Assembly (NCBI GenBank): GCA_963662585.1
Contig: OY759729.1
Span: forward strand, 960,001-1,024,000
Direction: 5' to 3'
DNA from: Candidatus Cloacimonadales bacterium
Lineage (GTDB): Bacteria > Cloacimonadota > Cloacimonadia > Cloacimonadales > JAFGVF01
Length of the DNA: 64,000 nt
The notes under the pieces were generated by a model. That model saw only the letters and a program-made list of their open reading frames with translations, was not told where the DNA came from and made no database searches. A program made the translations under genes and the position numbers. Numbering within the stretch: position 1 is the first letter of the stretch; each line of letters starts with the position of its first letter. Positions 29,248 to 40,263 of the stretch are shown here, piece by piece.

Positions 29248-32200
29248 TTATTTCATAAGAATCATTTTCTTAGTTGAAGAATATTTACCATTTCTCATTT
29301 TGTAGAAATAAACACCTGAAGCAACGCTTCTATTATTGTCATCTTTACCATTCCATACAACAGTATGGTTTCCTTGAGTTTGATTTGCATTAACCAAACT
29401 TTTCACTTTTTGACCTTTAATATTAAAGATATCAAGAGTAACAAGACTAGCTTCTCTTAAGTTGTAAGAGAGAGTAGTTTCAGGGTTGAATGGGTTTGGA
29501 TAGTTTCCAAGTAATTCAGTAGTTACAACATTAACATTATTGTTGTTACCTGTGCCATTAGGAGCAGTAACTTTGAAGTTATCTAGCATAAACATAAAGG
29601 CATCATTTGAAACACATTGGATAGCGACTCTAATAGTCTGACCTGCATAAGCATCTAGGTTATAGCTATAATCAGTCCATGCTGTTGGAGCACTAACGAA
29701 AGTAGCACCTGAGATAACAGTAAAGTCATTAGGATTAGTTGAACCATTAGAAACTAAGACATTGAATCTTTCTAAGCCATACTGATCAGTAATAGACTTG
29801 GCAGTGAAAGAAACACTAGCAGTTTCATCAATTGCAAAGGCAGGAGTAATCATCCAATCATTATTAGTAGGAGTAGTAGAAGCGAAAGCAGTAACATATT
29901 TATCACCTTCATAAGCACCATAAGCCTCTTCAGTGAGAGCTGGAGTTGTCATTGAAGGATTGAATACGATATATGCTTGAGGAGCTTCAGCATTTTCCCA
30001 AGTAGTATTAGTAATTGAATAAGTACCTGATAAATCTCCATCTATTACAGTCCAAGGTCCGAATTCTAAAGAGAAATCTGCATAAGTTTCGAAACCATCT
30101 TCAATAATAACGGCATTAGGTTCACCGATTGTTACAGTTGCAGTATTTGAAGGAGCTGATTCAACTTCACCATACATTGCTGTAACGAAATAGGTATATA
30201 CACCATCAGCAGTTACAGGGTCTAAGTATCCGATAGCATCTACATCAGCAATCATAACATCATTACGATAAACTTTCCAGCTATCAGGGTTTCTTAATTC
30301 AACAACTCTTGATTCACCGTCAACAGTGATAGTTTCTTCTAGTTCGTTAGTATAAGACTTGCTCATTAGAGAAGCAACAACTGTTTCCCAATTTAGCATT
30401 ACTCCACCCTCAACTACTTCAGCAGTTAAGTTTTCAGGAGGATTAACTCCGTCAAAGATAAGGTCTGTAGCAAATCTAGAAGTAATATAATCACCATCTG
30501 CACGAGCATTTGGAATTGCTATAATATTACCTGTTTCGATAGGAATATCTGATCCAATATAATCAACATCATAGAAGCTAGTTCTAAAGTTGAAGTTATC
30601 AGTACCATCAGTGATAACATAAGTAGTACCATTAGCAAAGGCACCTGCATCATTAAACATAACATTATTAAGTTTAACAACTCTTGATTCATATGAATCA
30701 AAGTCAGTCATTAATTCAGAAATTGTTACTTCTACTGGAGTTACTATGTTGCCAGTTGATGAGGCTGCAGGACCTGCTTGAGTAGGAACAAACTGAGTCA
30801 TGTTACCATAAACACTTATAGTACCCTGTAAGCCTGTAACAGCATCACCGACTACATAAGCAGTAGCAATAACATTGTTCATATCATCAATTAAGATACC
30901 AGCAGTATCATCTTGGATATATTTTTGATATCTGAAGTCTTGAGTGAAAGTAACAATTACTTCAGCATTTAAGTTATAGATAGTACCATCAGTAGCTCCA
31001 GCTCTTAAATCAGCAACACTTGCAACATCTACTATTGAAATAATAGTATAGTTTGCAGTAGCTATGTAAGAAGGATCCATACCATCAGCATAAGCTCTAG
31101 CTTTAACTGTAGTAGTAACTGCGATATCTATTGCAGCTGTATATTCTGTGGAAGCCATTGTAGGTTCTGTACCATCTAAAGTATAATAGATAGTTGCACC
31201 TTCAGTTTCAGAAGTCATAGTAACACTAATTGGGTCATTATAAGTTCCTGAAGCAGGGTTGAATACAGGAGTAGCAGTATTATTACCTGCAGTTCCACCT
31301 GTAAATTCATGTGCACCAATATAGCTTAATTCATCAATATCATACACAATCCATTCAGAATCATCAGCATTGGTGCCAGCAGAAGCAGCCCAATCTGTAT
31401 TACCAACAACAACTGTTGGTTTTCTGATTAAAGTATGATTTAAGGTTGCCCCTTCTACTCCAGCAACATCCCAAGCAGTTCCAGGATCAGTTTGATAAAC
31501 ACCTATAGCATCAATCAATACTTCATTTAAGAAGAGCCCAATTGCGTCATTACCATTAAAGTAGGTAACAGCACTTGTTGCATCGGAGGCATTCAATATA
31601 GCAGCTACTGAACCAGAATTCGCGATTACAAAAACATCACCATCAGCTAAAGTACCTTCTAAATTAATTTCGTTATTCCAATCACCACCATTTGATGCAG
31701 ATTTAACTACATAAGGTGTTAAGTCAACAGGCATACCTGTACCATTGAAAATTTCGATAGCTTTATTACTTGAAGAACCTTCTATATATTCAGAGATGAA
31801 TAAATCTTCTGCATCACCTGTAGTCTCACCAATATGAGCCATGACAGTGTTAGATGGAAGAGATTCGTCAGTTCCGTAGATTGCAGTAACATAATAAGTA
31901 TAATCTCCATCAGCTAAATCTTCATCAGTGTAAGTTAAAACAGCTGGAGTTGTTTGAGCTAAGAAGGCATCATCTTTATATACTTTATAAGCAGTTAAGT
32001 TTGTTGCATCAGTTGGAGCTTCCCAGGTAAGGGTAACAGCATTTTCATTAACTACAGAAGTTAAATTGTTTGGAGCAGGATTAATAACAGGTCCAAAAGT
32101 GAAGTCTGCTAAAGTACGAGCAGTGATAAATTCACCTTCAAATCTGGAATTAGGAATAGCATTTATAGTACCAACGCCTTCAGGAATAGCAGTTCCGATG

Positions 32201-35200
32201 TAATCTACATCATAGAAAGTGCTTCTGAAGTTATAAGTGTTTGTACCATCAGTAATTTCATATACTGCTCCATTTGCAAAATCACCTGTTGCAGTGAAAT
32301 GAACATTTTCTAAGGCTACTACTCTTGATTCGTGAGTATCAAAAATAGAAACTAATTCAGGAATAGTAACTATAACTGGAGCTACAACATTACCAGTAGA
32401 AGAAATAGAAGTAATGTTCTGTACAGGAGTAAATTGAAGCATTCCATTATACTCACTCAAAGTACCTTTAAGCCCTGATACACCATCTCCAACGGTGATT
32501 GCAGTAGTAATTATACCGAATTCATCATCGATTAAAATACCTGCAGTAGTATCTTGAACATATCTTTGATTACGATATGTTTGAACAAAGGTAGCAACTG
32601 CTTCAGATGTTAAGTTATATATTGTTCCATCCATTAAACCTGCTCTTAACTGAGCAACAGTTGAAACATCGATAGTATTAATAACTGTATAGTTAGCTGT
32701 AGCGATAAATGAAGGTTCAATTCCATTTGCATACGCTTTAGCTTTAATTGTTGTAGAAGAAGTAAGATTTATTGCACCAGTGTACATAGTTGAACTTTCA
32801 TTCGGTTCAGTACCATCCATAGTGTAATAAATAGAAGCACCAGCTGTTTCTGTAGAGATAGTAACACTTACTGATTCTTCATAAGAACCTGGAGCAGGAT
32901 CGAAAGTAGGCATTGCTACCATTTCACCAATACCACCAGCAAAATCATGTGCTCCTAAATAACTAAACTCATCGATGTCATAAACCATCCATTGCGAGCT
33001 AGCCGGATCAGTTCCAGCAGAAGTAGCCCAATCAAGAGAACCTTCAATCACATCAGCTTTTCTGACTAAAGTATGATTTAGAGTAGCACCTGTTACACCA
33101 GCAACATCCCAAGAAGTTCCTGGATCTACTTGATAAACACCGATGACATCAATTAAGACACCATTTAAGAATAAACCAAGAGCATCATCTCCATTATACC
33201 ATGTAACATTACTTATTACATCGGCAATATCTAAGATAGCAGGAACTGCAGCATCATTAGCAATAATAAAGACATCGCCATGAGCTAAAGTACCTTGTAG
33301 GTCAACTTCATTACCCCATTCATTACCATTAGAACCTAATTTCACCATATAAGGAGTTAAATCAACAGCTTCTCCGGTTCCGTTAAAGATTTCTATAGCT
33401 TTATTATTAGATGAACCTTCAATGTATTCAGAGAAGAATAAATCTTCAGCTAAATCAGTTGGAGGAGTATCACCATCAACTGTACCAGAATAAACTACTT
33501 GATTTTTACCAACAGCAATAACATTATTATCCCAACCAGCAATATCCATAATTCTTACAGGATTGAATTGTGTTTCAGGAAGATCAATTTCAGTCCAAGT
33601 AGCACCATTATCTGTAGATTGCATCATAGCCCAAGTAGTTCCCAGGTTAGAAGCATCTGCACTATAACCACCAACAACTAAAGTACCGTTAGCAGTTTCA
33701 TGAATAGTGAATAAATCATCACCTGCTGATTCAGATGCTAGCATCCAGTCACCAGCTGTTAAACCGCCGTTAGTAGTGTAATAAATATCTCCTGCTGTAT
33801 TAACAGCAAGGCCATGATCAGCGTCTTGGAAATAGATATCATTAATATTTGTGCTTCCAATTGTGATTGATGAGAATGATATACCATCATTTGTTCTGTA
33901 AATTACACCATTCTTAGCACCTAAAACAATATTATTTTCATCGAATGCGTGAGCACAATAAATGTTATCATTTGCAGTAATTCCTGATAAAGTAATTGGA
34001 GTCCATTCTTCTCCGCTATTAGTTGTTTTAGCAGCAACAGAAGCGTAACCGAATACCCAACCAACATTTTCATTTAGGAATTCGAAAGCATACATTGTTT
34101 TAGTTGATGAAACTCCAGGTACTTGATAACCTGTCCAAGAATCTCCACCATCAACAGTTCTATAAACAACACCAGAAGTTTTACCAGTTACGATACCTTC
34201 ATTATTATTGAAGAAGTGAGATGTTTGAAGAACATTAATATCTATATCATTATATGGTTCAACAAATATTTTTGTGTAATCCATACCAGCATTAGTAGTT
34301 TTAAAGATAGTACCTTTATCACCGATAAGATACCAGTTATCTTCATCGATTAAAGAGATATTATAGTTATCAACAGAAGAAACTGTTTTTTCGACCCAAG
34401 TAGCTCCATCGGTAGATTTAGCAACAGTGCCATACCAACCAGCAAGCATAGGATTATTATTAGCATCATAAATTATATCTTGAGAATAGTAATTCCAGTC
34501 ATTTTCTACAACTTGAACATTAACCCAAGAGTCAGTAGTTTTAACAACCACACCATTCCAACCAACAGCATAACCTTCAGCACCGTTCATAGTAATGCCT
34601 GTTAATCTTGATCCACTTAAATTAATATGATGAGTCCAGTTAAGGCCATTATCATTACTATAACTTATTGAACCGTCATCGCCAGCGACAACAACTAAGC
34701 TACCATATTGTTCAACTACAAAATTAGTTAACTCATTAGGAGTACCAATAGGTAAAACTTCCCAGTTTTGACCAAAGTTACTTGTTTTATATAATTTTGC
34801 TAAATCAGGAGAACCATTGTTACAGGCAACAAAACCTGTACCACTACTGTTCATTGACATTTTATATAAAGTGTCAGTGCCAGGAGTATCTTGAAGAACC
34901 CATGTTTGACCATGATCTTCAGAATAACCTATTTTTCCATTAGCACCTGAAACCCAAATTTTTCCATCTGGATGATAAACTATACCTTCAGCATCATCAG
35001 TACCGAAAAGAGCAGCGATTCCTGGAGCTTGAGTCCAGCTAGCACCACCGTCTTCAGAAAGAATAACCATTCCATCTTCTGAAGCTATTGCAACATGATC
35101 TGCATCAGCGAATGATACATCGTTTGCGTCATTATATACACCAGAAGAGGCATTAAAGGTCGGAGTCATGACGAAACTAAAAGTTTCACCGTTATCTGTG

Positions 35201-35361
35201 GAATATCCTACACCACCACTTCCTCCACCAATTACAACATTGTTTCCAGCACGATCGATAGAGTATAAATTCACAGGGAATTGAGCTTGTCTATCTAACT
35301 GCCATGAGAACAAGGAGATTACAATAGTTAATATTGAAATCACACTAATTAATCGTTTCAT
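29248..35361 (-). CDS. Large secreted multidomain protein: YCF48/BNR propeller, 2x(lamin-tail, CHB_HEX_C, OB-like, FN3), cleaved-adhesin-like, FlgD/T9SS-like tail
   Basis: Signal peptide; S/TxDxGxxW repeats; LFxSEYIEGSS.NKAIEIFN twice; IYYTxDGTEP twice; NNDWMITP; NYPNPFNP...KKMILMK. Confidence 0.85.
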   Translation of the reverse strand: MKRLISVISILTIVISLFSWQLDRQAQFPVNLYSIDRAGNNVVIGGGSGGVGYSTDNGETFSFVMTPTFNASSGVYNDANDVSFADADHVAIASEDGMVILSEDGGASWTQAPGIAALFGTDDAEGIVYHPDGKIWVSGANGKIGYSEDHGQTWVLQDTPGTDTLYKMSMNSSGTGFVACNNGSPDLAKLYKTSNFGQNWEVLPIGTPNELTNFVVEQYGSLVVVAGDDGSISYSNDNGLNWTHHINLSGSRLTGITMNGAEGYAVGWNGVVVKTTDSWVNVQVVENDWNYYSQDIIYDANNNPMLAGWYGTVAKSTDGATWVEKTVSSVDNYNISLIDEDNWYLIGDKGTIFKTTNAGMDYTKIFVEPYNDIDINVLQTSHFFNNNEGIVTGKTSGVVYRTVDGGDSWTGYQVPGVSSTKTMYAFEFLNENVGWVFGYASVAAKTTNSGEEWTPITLSGITANDNIYCAHAFDENNIVLGAKNGVIYRTNDGISFSSITIGSTNINDIYFQDADHGLAVNTAGDIYYTTNGGLTAGDWMLASESAGDDLFTIHETANGTLVVGGYSADASNLGTTWAMMQSTDNGATWTEIDLPETQFNPVRIMDIAGWDNNVIAVGKNQVVYSGTVDGDTPPTDLAEDLFFSEYIEGSSNNKAIEIFNGTGEAVDLTPYMVKLGSNGNEWGNEVDLQGTLAHGDVFIIANDAAVPAILDIADVISNVTWYNGDDALGLFLNGVLIDVIGVYQVDPGTSWDVAGVTGATLNHTLVRKADVIEGSLDWATSAGTDPASSQWMVYDIDEFSYLGAHDFAGGIGEMVAMPTFDPAPGSYEESVSVTISTETAGASIYYTMDGTEPNESSTMYTGAINLTSSTTIKAKAYANGIEPSFIATANYTVINTIDVSTVAQLRAGLMDGTIYNLTSEAVATFVQTYRNQRYVQDTTAGILIDDEFGIITTAITVGDGVSGLKGTLSEYNGMLQFTPVQNITSISSTGNVVAPVIVTIPELVSIFDTHESRVVALENVHFTATGDFANGAVYEITDGTNTYNFRSTFYDVDYIGTAIPEGVGTINAIPNSRFEGEFITARTLADFTFGPVINPAPNNLTSVVNENAVTLTWEAPTDATNLTAYKVYKDDAFLAQTTPAVLTYTDEDLADGDYTYYVTAIYGTDESLPSNTVMAHIGETTGDAEDLFISEYIEGSSSNKAIEIFNGTGMPVDLTPYVVKSASNGGDWNNEINLEGTLADGDVFVIANSGSVAAILNASDATSAVTYFNGNDAIGLFLNEVLIDAIGVYQTDPGTAWDVAGVEGATLNHTLIRKPTVVVGNTDWAASAGTNADDSEWIVYDIDELSYIGAHEFTGGTAGNNTATPVFNPASGTYNDPISVTMTSETEGATIYYTLDGTEPTMASTEYTAAIDIAVTTTVKARAYADGMDPSYIATANYTIISIVDVASVADLRAGATDGTIYNLNAEVIVTFTQDFRYQKYIQDDTAGILIDDMNNVIATAYVVGDAVTGLQGTISVYGNMTQFVPTQAGPAASSTGNIVTPVEVTISELMTDFDSYESRVVKLNNVMFNDAGAFANGTTYVITDGTDNFNFRTSFYDVDYIGSDIPIETGNIIAIPNARADGDYITSRFATDLIFDGVNPPENLTAEVVEGGVMLNWETVVASLMSKSYTNELEETITVDGESRVVELRNPDSWKVYRNDVMIADVDAIGYLDPVTADGVYTYFVTAMYGEVESAPSNTATVTIGEPNAVIIEDGFETYADFSLEFGPWTVIDGDLSGTYSITNTTWENAEAPQAYIVFNPSMTTPALTEEAYGAYEGDKYVTAFASTTPTNNDWMITPAFAIDETASVSFTAKSITDQYGLERFNVLVSNGSTNPNDFTVISGATFVSAPTAWTDYSYNLDAYAGQTIRVAIQCVSNDAFMFMLDNFKVTAPNGTGNNNNVNVVTTELLGNYPNPFNPETTLSYNLREASLVTLDIFNIKGQKVKSLVNANQTQGNHTVVWNGKDDNNRSVASGVYFYKMRNGKYSSTKKMILMK

Positions 35362-35483
35362 AATTCCTCCAAATCGATTATTGTCTATATAGAGTAATAT
35401 ACTTTATTATCAATATTTTGGCAAGTATTTTTATATTAAGTTTTGTTTATTTCTAAGCAAATTGTCTTTGAAATTTATCTAAT

Positions 35484-35509
35484 AAAAAGAAAGGGGAGTA
35501 ATCTCCCCT
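35484..35509 (-). terminator. Intrinsic terminator after arcC
   Basis: aggggag/ctcccct stem with T-run on minus strand. Confidence 0.75.
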
Positions 35510-35522
35510 AAACATCAGTAAT

Positions 35523-36467
35523 TTATCCTTTGATAACAGTTCCAGTTGTTCCGGCAAAAGCATCAACTATTCTTTCGATTGAACTGATAATAACTTTCTT
35601 TCCGCCATTTCTGATAAAAGAAATTGCAGCAAGAATCTTAGGTCCCATTGATCCTTTAGGGAATTGACCTTCATCATAATATTTTTGAGCATCTTCTACA
35701 GTTAATTCATCTAACTCTTTTTGGTCAGGTTTGCCGAAATTAATTGCAACTTTATCTACACCAGTTAAAATCACTAAGAATTCAGCACCGATTTTTTCTG
35801 CTAATAAAGCAGAAGCAAAGTCTTTATCAATAACAGCATCGATACCATCTAAAGTACCATCTTTTTCTCTGATGACAGGAATTCCCCCACCACCACAAGC
35901 GATAACGATTTGATTATCTTCAACTAGCTGTTTGATAGTATCTGCAGGGATAATATCGATTGGTTTTGGAGAAGCAACCACTTGACGCCAGCCACGGCCT
36001 GCATCTTCAGTAATATGCCAGCCAAATTCTGCTTCCAAAGTTTTAGCTTCTTCTTCAGTATAGAAAGGACCAACAGGTTTAGTAGGATTCTGCATACTTG
36101 GGTCATCTTCAGAAACAACAACTTGAGAATTGATAGTAACAACTCTGTTGCTTATTCCTTCTTTGATGAGCTTATTCTGCAAACTCTGTTCAATCATATA
36201 ACCCATTGTTCCTTCTGTTGCAGCGACTAACACTCCGAGAGGAAGTGGAGCTACACCTTTTTGGATTCCTGCATTATGCTGAATAAGCATATTTCCTACT
36301 TGAGGTCCATTACCATGAGAGATTGCTAATTGGTAACCTTGTCTTATCAATTCTACAACTCCACCTAAACTATCACGAGTATTCTTAAACTGTTCAGTAA
36401 TAGTACCTTTCTGTCCAGCTTGAATTATTGCGTTTCCGCCTAAAGCTAATACTGCTTTCTTTGCCAT
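35523..36467 (-). CDS. arcC: Carbamate kinase
   Basis: ALGGNA, HGNGPQVG, NPTKPVGPFY, EDAGRGWRQVVASP, GGGGIP, AVIDKD, GSMGPK. Confidence 0.97.
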   Translation of the reverse strand: MAKKAVLALGGNAIIQAGQKGTITEQFKNTRDSLGGVVELIRQGYQLAISHGNGPQVGNMLIQHNAGIQKGVAPLPLGVLVAATEGTMGYMIEQSLQNKLIKEGISNRVVTINSQVVVSEDDPSMQNPTKPVGPFYTEEEAKTLEAEFGWHITEDAGRGWRQVVASPKPIDIIPADTIKQLVEDNQIVIACGGGGIPVIREKDGTLDGIDAVIDKDFASALLAEKIGAEFLVILTGVDKVAINFGKPDQKELDELTVEDAQKYYDEGQFPKGSMGPKILAAISFIRNGGKKVIISSIERIVDAFAGTTGTVIKG

Positions 36468-36496
36468 TTATTCCTCCACATAATATTTATTTAAAG

Positions 36497-36531
36497 AAAA
36501 AACAAGGAGACTCACTTGGGTAAGTCTCCTT
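36497..36531 (-). terminator. Terminator-like hairpin between the ArcE-like gene and arcC
   Basis: aaggagact/agtctcctt stem followed by T-run on minus strand. Confidence 0.65.
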
Positions 36532-36568
36532 CGTTCACTTTTTATTTTCTAAATCTTTTTGTCAATAT

Positions 36569-37888
36569 TTAGAATCCATTTTCTTTCAAAATATCACTAA
36601 GAGTTGGCTTTCCAATTTCTTGAAGTTCATAAGTAACTCTTACAGAAGGTTTTTTGATATTAACGATTCTTCTTAAATCTATTGGAGTACCAATCACTAC
36701 AGCATCACATTCAACGCTATTAATTGTCTCTTCCAGATCTTTAATTTGTTGTTCACCATAACCCATAGCAGGAAGAAGTATTCCTATATCAGGATATTTT
36801 GCGAAAGTATCTGCAATTTCACCAACAGCCCATGGTCGAGGATCTACAGTATCAGCTACACCACATTTTTCAGCAGCAACCATACCTGCACCATAGGTCA
36901 TTTCACCATGAGTAAGAGTAGGACCATCTTCTACTACGAGGACATTTTTGCCTGCGATTATAGATGGATCTTCTACAAATACAGGAGAAGCTGCTTCGAT
37001 AATAATAGCTTTAGGATTTACGCTACGGCAGTTTTCTCTAACTTCAAAAATATTCTCAGCATCAGCAGAATCAATCTTGTTAATGATAATAACATCAGCT
37101 AATCTAACATTAGTTTCGCCAGGATAATAAGTGATTTCATGACCAGGTCTATGTGGGTCAACAACAACGATTTTGAGTTCTTTATCTGAAGTATAGAAAG
37201 GTGTATCATTATTGCCACCATCCCAGAGGATGATATCAGCTTCTTTTTCAGCTTCTCTTACAATTGCTTCGTAATCAACACCTGAATAGATGATACTACC
37301 CATAGCAATGTGTGGTTCATACTCTTCCATTTCTTCAATTGTACATTCGTGCTTAACTAAATCATCTAAAGTTTCATAGCGTTGCACTTTTTGCTTAACG
37401 AGGTCTCCATAAGGCATAGGGTGTCTAATAGAAACAACTTTAAGACCTTTTTCTTTAAAATACCTTACAACGGCTCTTGTTGTTTGTGATTTACCACAAC
37501 CAGTACGAGCAGCACATATAGTAACTAATGGCTTGGTGGTTTTGATAGCGGTATTTTTCTGTCCCATCATCATGAAATCTGCTCCAGCAGCATTCACTAA
37601 GGCTGCACTATGCATAACTCTTTCATGTGGAAGGTCGCTATAAGCTAAAACTACTAAGTCAATATTGTGTTCTTTGATTAAGCTAGGAAGCTTTGACTCT
37701 GGTAGAATGGGAATACCTTCTGGATACAGTGAACCAGCTAATTCAGCAGGATATTTTTTATCGTCAATACCTGGAATTTGAGTAGCTGTAATAGCTACTA
37801 CTTCATACTGATTATTATCTCTGAAAAAAGTATTAAAGTTGTGGAAATCTCTTCCCGCAGCACCCATAATAATTACCTTTTGTCTCAT
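36569..37888 (-). CDS. arcE: cDPGS-family P-loop protein, probable arginine synthetase ArcE
   Basis: MGAAGRDFHNFN, RTGCGKS, RHPMPYG, TIEEMEEYEPH, WDGGNND, EDGPTLTHG, LPAMGY; directly upstream of arcC. Confidence 0.7.
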   Translation of the reverse strand: MRQKVIIMGAAGRDFHNFNTFFRDNNQYEVVAITATQIPGIDDKKYPAELAGSLYPEGIPILPESKLPSLIKEHNIDLVVLAYSDLPHERVMHSAALVNAAGADFMMMGQKNTAIKTTKPLVTICAARTGCGKSQTTRAVVRYFKEKGLKVVSIRHPMPYGDLVKQKVQRYETLDDLVKHECTIEEMEEYEPHIAMGSIIYSGVDYEAIVREAEKEADIILWDGGNNDTPFYTSDKELKIVVVDPHRPGHEITYYPGETNVRLADVIIINKIDSADAENIFEVRENCRSVNPKAIIIEAASPVFVEDPSIIAGKNVLVVEDGPTLTHGEMTYGAGMVAAEKCGVADTVDPRPWAVGEIADTFAKYPDIGILLPAMGYGEQQIKDLEETINSVECDAVVIGTPIDLRRIVNIKKPSVRVTYELQEIGKPTLSDILKENGF

Positions 37889-37924
37889 ATTTTACACTCC
37901 TTTGACTAAATTTTGATTAAGTAA

Positions 37925-37952
37925 ATTATACAATGGAGATTTTAGTTGTCAA
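37925..37952 (-). promoter_or_regulatory. Consensus sigma70 promoter for arcE-arcC
   Basis: TTGACA-N16-TATAAT on minus strand. Confidence 0.7.
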
Positions 37953-38210
37953 GAAAAAGCTATAAAATGATTGGAAATATGGATTTTTTTTTATGAATAA
38001 AGGTTAAATAGCGTATTATAAGGGTTTTCAGTTAATTAGTAAAATCTAATTTCAAGCTTTTTATGAGTTTTCTTGAGAAGGGAAAGTTATTTTTTTTAAG
38101 TTCTTAGAGGAAATCATAAGATTCTATGGGGATTTACTAGATATGAAGAGTTAATTTGGGTGATTTCTCATATCCTTGAGAAGCCGATTTGTGGAAAAAA
38201 ATCTACATAT

Positions 38211-38242
38211 AAGAAACAGGAAGACCAAAGTGATCTTCCTGT
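38211..38242 (-). terminator. Intrinsic terminator after rpsA
   Basis: acaggaaga/tcttcctgt stem plus T-rich tail. Confidence 0.7.
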
Positions 38243-38268
38243 AATCTATTGCAACACTAGAGTTAAAT

Positions 38269-40263
38269 CTACTTTTCAGTATCTTCTTCAACTACCTCAG
38301 CAGTCTTAGGGTCTTCTTCTTTAACTTCAGTGTTTTCTACTGCAGTTTCTTCAGCTACTACTGCTTCAGGAGTTTCAGGAGTTTCTACAACTTCTTCTAC
38401 TACTTCTTCAACAATAGCTGCTATAGGAGTTTCTACAGTCTCTTCTTTGGGAGTTTCATCAGCTACTTCAGCAGCTTTTTTAGCTTCTTTTTTAGCTTCA
38501 GCTTTAGCTTTTTTAGCTTCTTTCTTCTTCATAATCTCTTCATGTTGAGCTTTATGAAAATCAACATAAGTATTTAAACTTTCTTGATCTCTTGAGAAGA
38601 AGAATGCTTTCACAGAAAGAATAAGTCTTCTGTTATCCATATCAAGTTCAATAACTTTTAATGGAATTTCTTCTCCTGCAGTGAAGTATTCATCAGGAGT
38701 TTCTAATTTTGGAATAGCAAGATGAGAAACTGGTACAAAACCTTCAACTGTATCACCATCAGACTCGATATCAACTAAAATTCCTTTAGGGATAAGTTTT
38801 GATATCTTTCCAATTAATTCTGTGTTAAGAGGAAGTTTTTCGTTAAGTGATTGCCATGGATCTACATGAAGTTGTTTGATTCCAAGAGCAACTCTGTGAA
38901 GAGTTTTATCGATTGAAAGTACAACAGCTTCAATTTCTTGGTTCTTTTTGTAGATATCTTTTGGATGATATATTCTCTTTGTCCAAGAAATATCAGATAC
39001 ATGAACTAAGCCATCAATACCGTCTTCAACTTCAACAAATACACCAAAGTCAGTTAAACTCTTAATTTTTCTCTTAAGAATAGTACCTTCAGGGTATTTC
39101 ATATCAATAGCAACCCAAGGGTTTGGTTCCATTTGTTTCAAACCTAAAGCAATTCTTTTTCTCTCTTTATCAACAGAAAGAACTATAGCTTCAACTGATT
39201 CATCTAACTTGAGAATCTGGTTTGGATGAGTTATCTTTTTAGTCCAAGACATCTCTGTAATGTGGATTAAACCTTCAACACCTGGTTCTAATTCTACAAA
39301 AGCACCATAAGGAGTTAAGTTAACAACTTTACCTTTAGCTTTTGTTCCCTCCTCATACTTGGCTTCGATATTTTCCCAAGGTTGAGGAACTAATTGTTTA
39401 AGACCCAATGATACTTTCTCACCTTCTGCTTCGTAAGCTGTAACTTTTACTTTAAGCTTATCGCCAATGTTTAAAATGTCTGATGGGTGATTTATTTTTC
39501 CCCATGACATATCGGTGATGTGGAGTAATCCATCGATTCCACCTAAATCAATAAAGGCACCGTAGTTGGTAATGTTTTTAACTTCACCTTCGAGTTCTGC
39601 ACCAACTTCGAGAACTTCACGCAATTTCTTTCTCTTTTCGGAAACTTCTTCCTCTAAGACATCTTTGCGAGAAACAATAATGTTCTTTCTATCACCATCT
39701 AATTTGATGATTTTAACATTAGCTGTTTTACCTATGAATTGATCTAAATTTGGAATAGGTTTTAGAGCTATCTGAGATCCTGGTAAAAAGGCTTCTAACC
39801 CGAATACTTCAACAATCATTCCGCCTTTTACACGGCGTCTGAAAATTCCTTCAATAACCTCTTCTTTTTCAAAAGAAGCTTGAAGTTTTTGAATATTCTC
39901 TTGGAAATCTGCCTGTTTCTTGGAAAGTTTAACTTTTCCTTCTCCATCTTCAACCTTAACAATGTAGACTTTGATATCAGTACCTACATCAGGGGTTCCT
40001 GAATAAGTGAATTCACCTATTGGGATAGAACCTTCTGATTTGTATCCGATATCTACTAAGACTTCGCGATCATTAACACTAACAACAGAACCGGTAACTA
40101 TTTGACCAGATTCGTAATTAGAGAATGAATCATCATACATCTTGAGCATGTCTTCATCACTAATTCCATTCACTTTCGACATTTCGTGCTTCTCTTCAGC
40201 ACCTTTTTCTACTGCAGTATCTGCAGGGACCTGAGTTTTGACTTCATTTTCAGTTGAACTCAT
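38269..40263 (-). CDS. rpsA: 30S ribosomal protein S1 with acidic C-terminal tail
   Basis: Six S1 repeats (YGAFIDLGGIDGLLHITDMSW etc.). Confidence 0.96.
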   Translation of the reverse strand: MSSTENEVKTQVPADTAVEKGAEEKHEMSKVNGISDEDMLKMYDDSFSNYESGQIVTGSVVSVNDREVLVDIGYKSEGSIPIGEFTYSGTPDVGTDIKVYIVKVEDGEGKVKLSKKQADFQENIQKLQASFEKEEVIEGIFRRRVKGGMIVEVFGLEAFLPGSQIALKPIPNLDQFIGKTANVKIIKLDGDRKNIIVSRKDVLEEEVSEKRKKLREVLEVGAELEGEVKNITNYGAFIDLGGIDGLLHITDMSWGKINHPSDILNIGDKLKVKVTAYEAEGEKVSLGLKQLVPQPWENIEAKYEEGTKAKGKVVNLTPYGAFVELEPGVEGLIHITEMSWTKKITHPNQILKLDESVEAIVLSVDKERKRIALGLKQMEPNPWVAIDMKYPEGTILKRKIKSLTDFGVFVEVEDGIDGLVHVSDISWTKRIYHPKDIYKKNQEIEAVVLSIDKTLHRVALGIKQLHVDPWQSLNEKLPLNTELIGKISKLIPKGILVDIESDGDTVEGFVPVSHLAIPKLETPDEYFTAGEEIPLKVIELDMDNRRLILSVKAFFFSRDQESLNTYVDFHKAQHEEIMKKKEAKKAKAEAKKEAKKAAEVADETPKEETVETPIAAIVEEVVEEVVETPETPEAVVAEETAVENTEVKEEDPKTAEVVEEDTEK

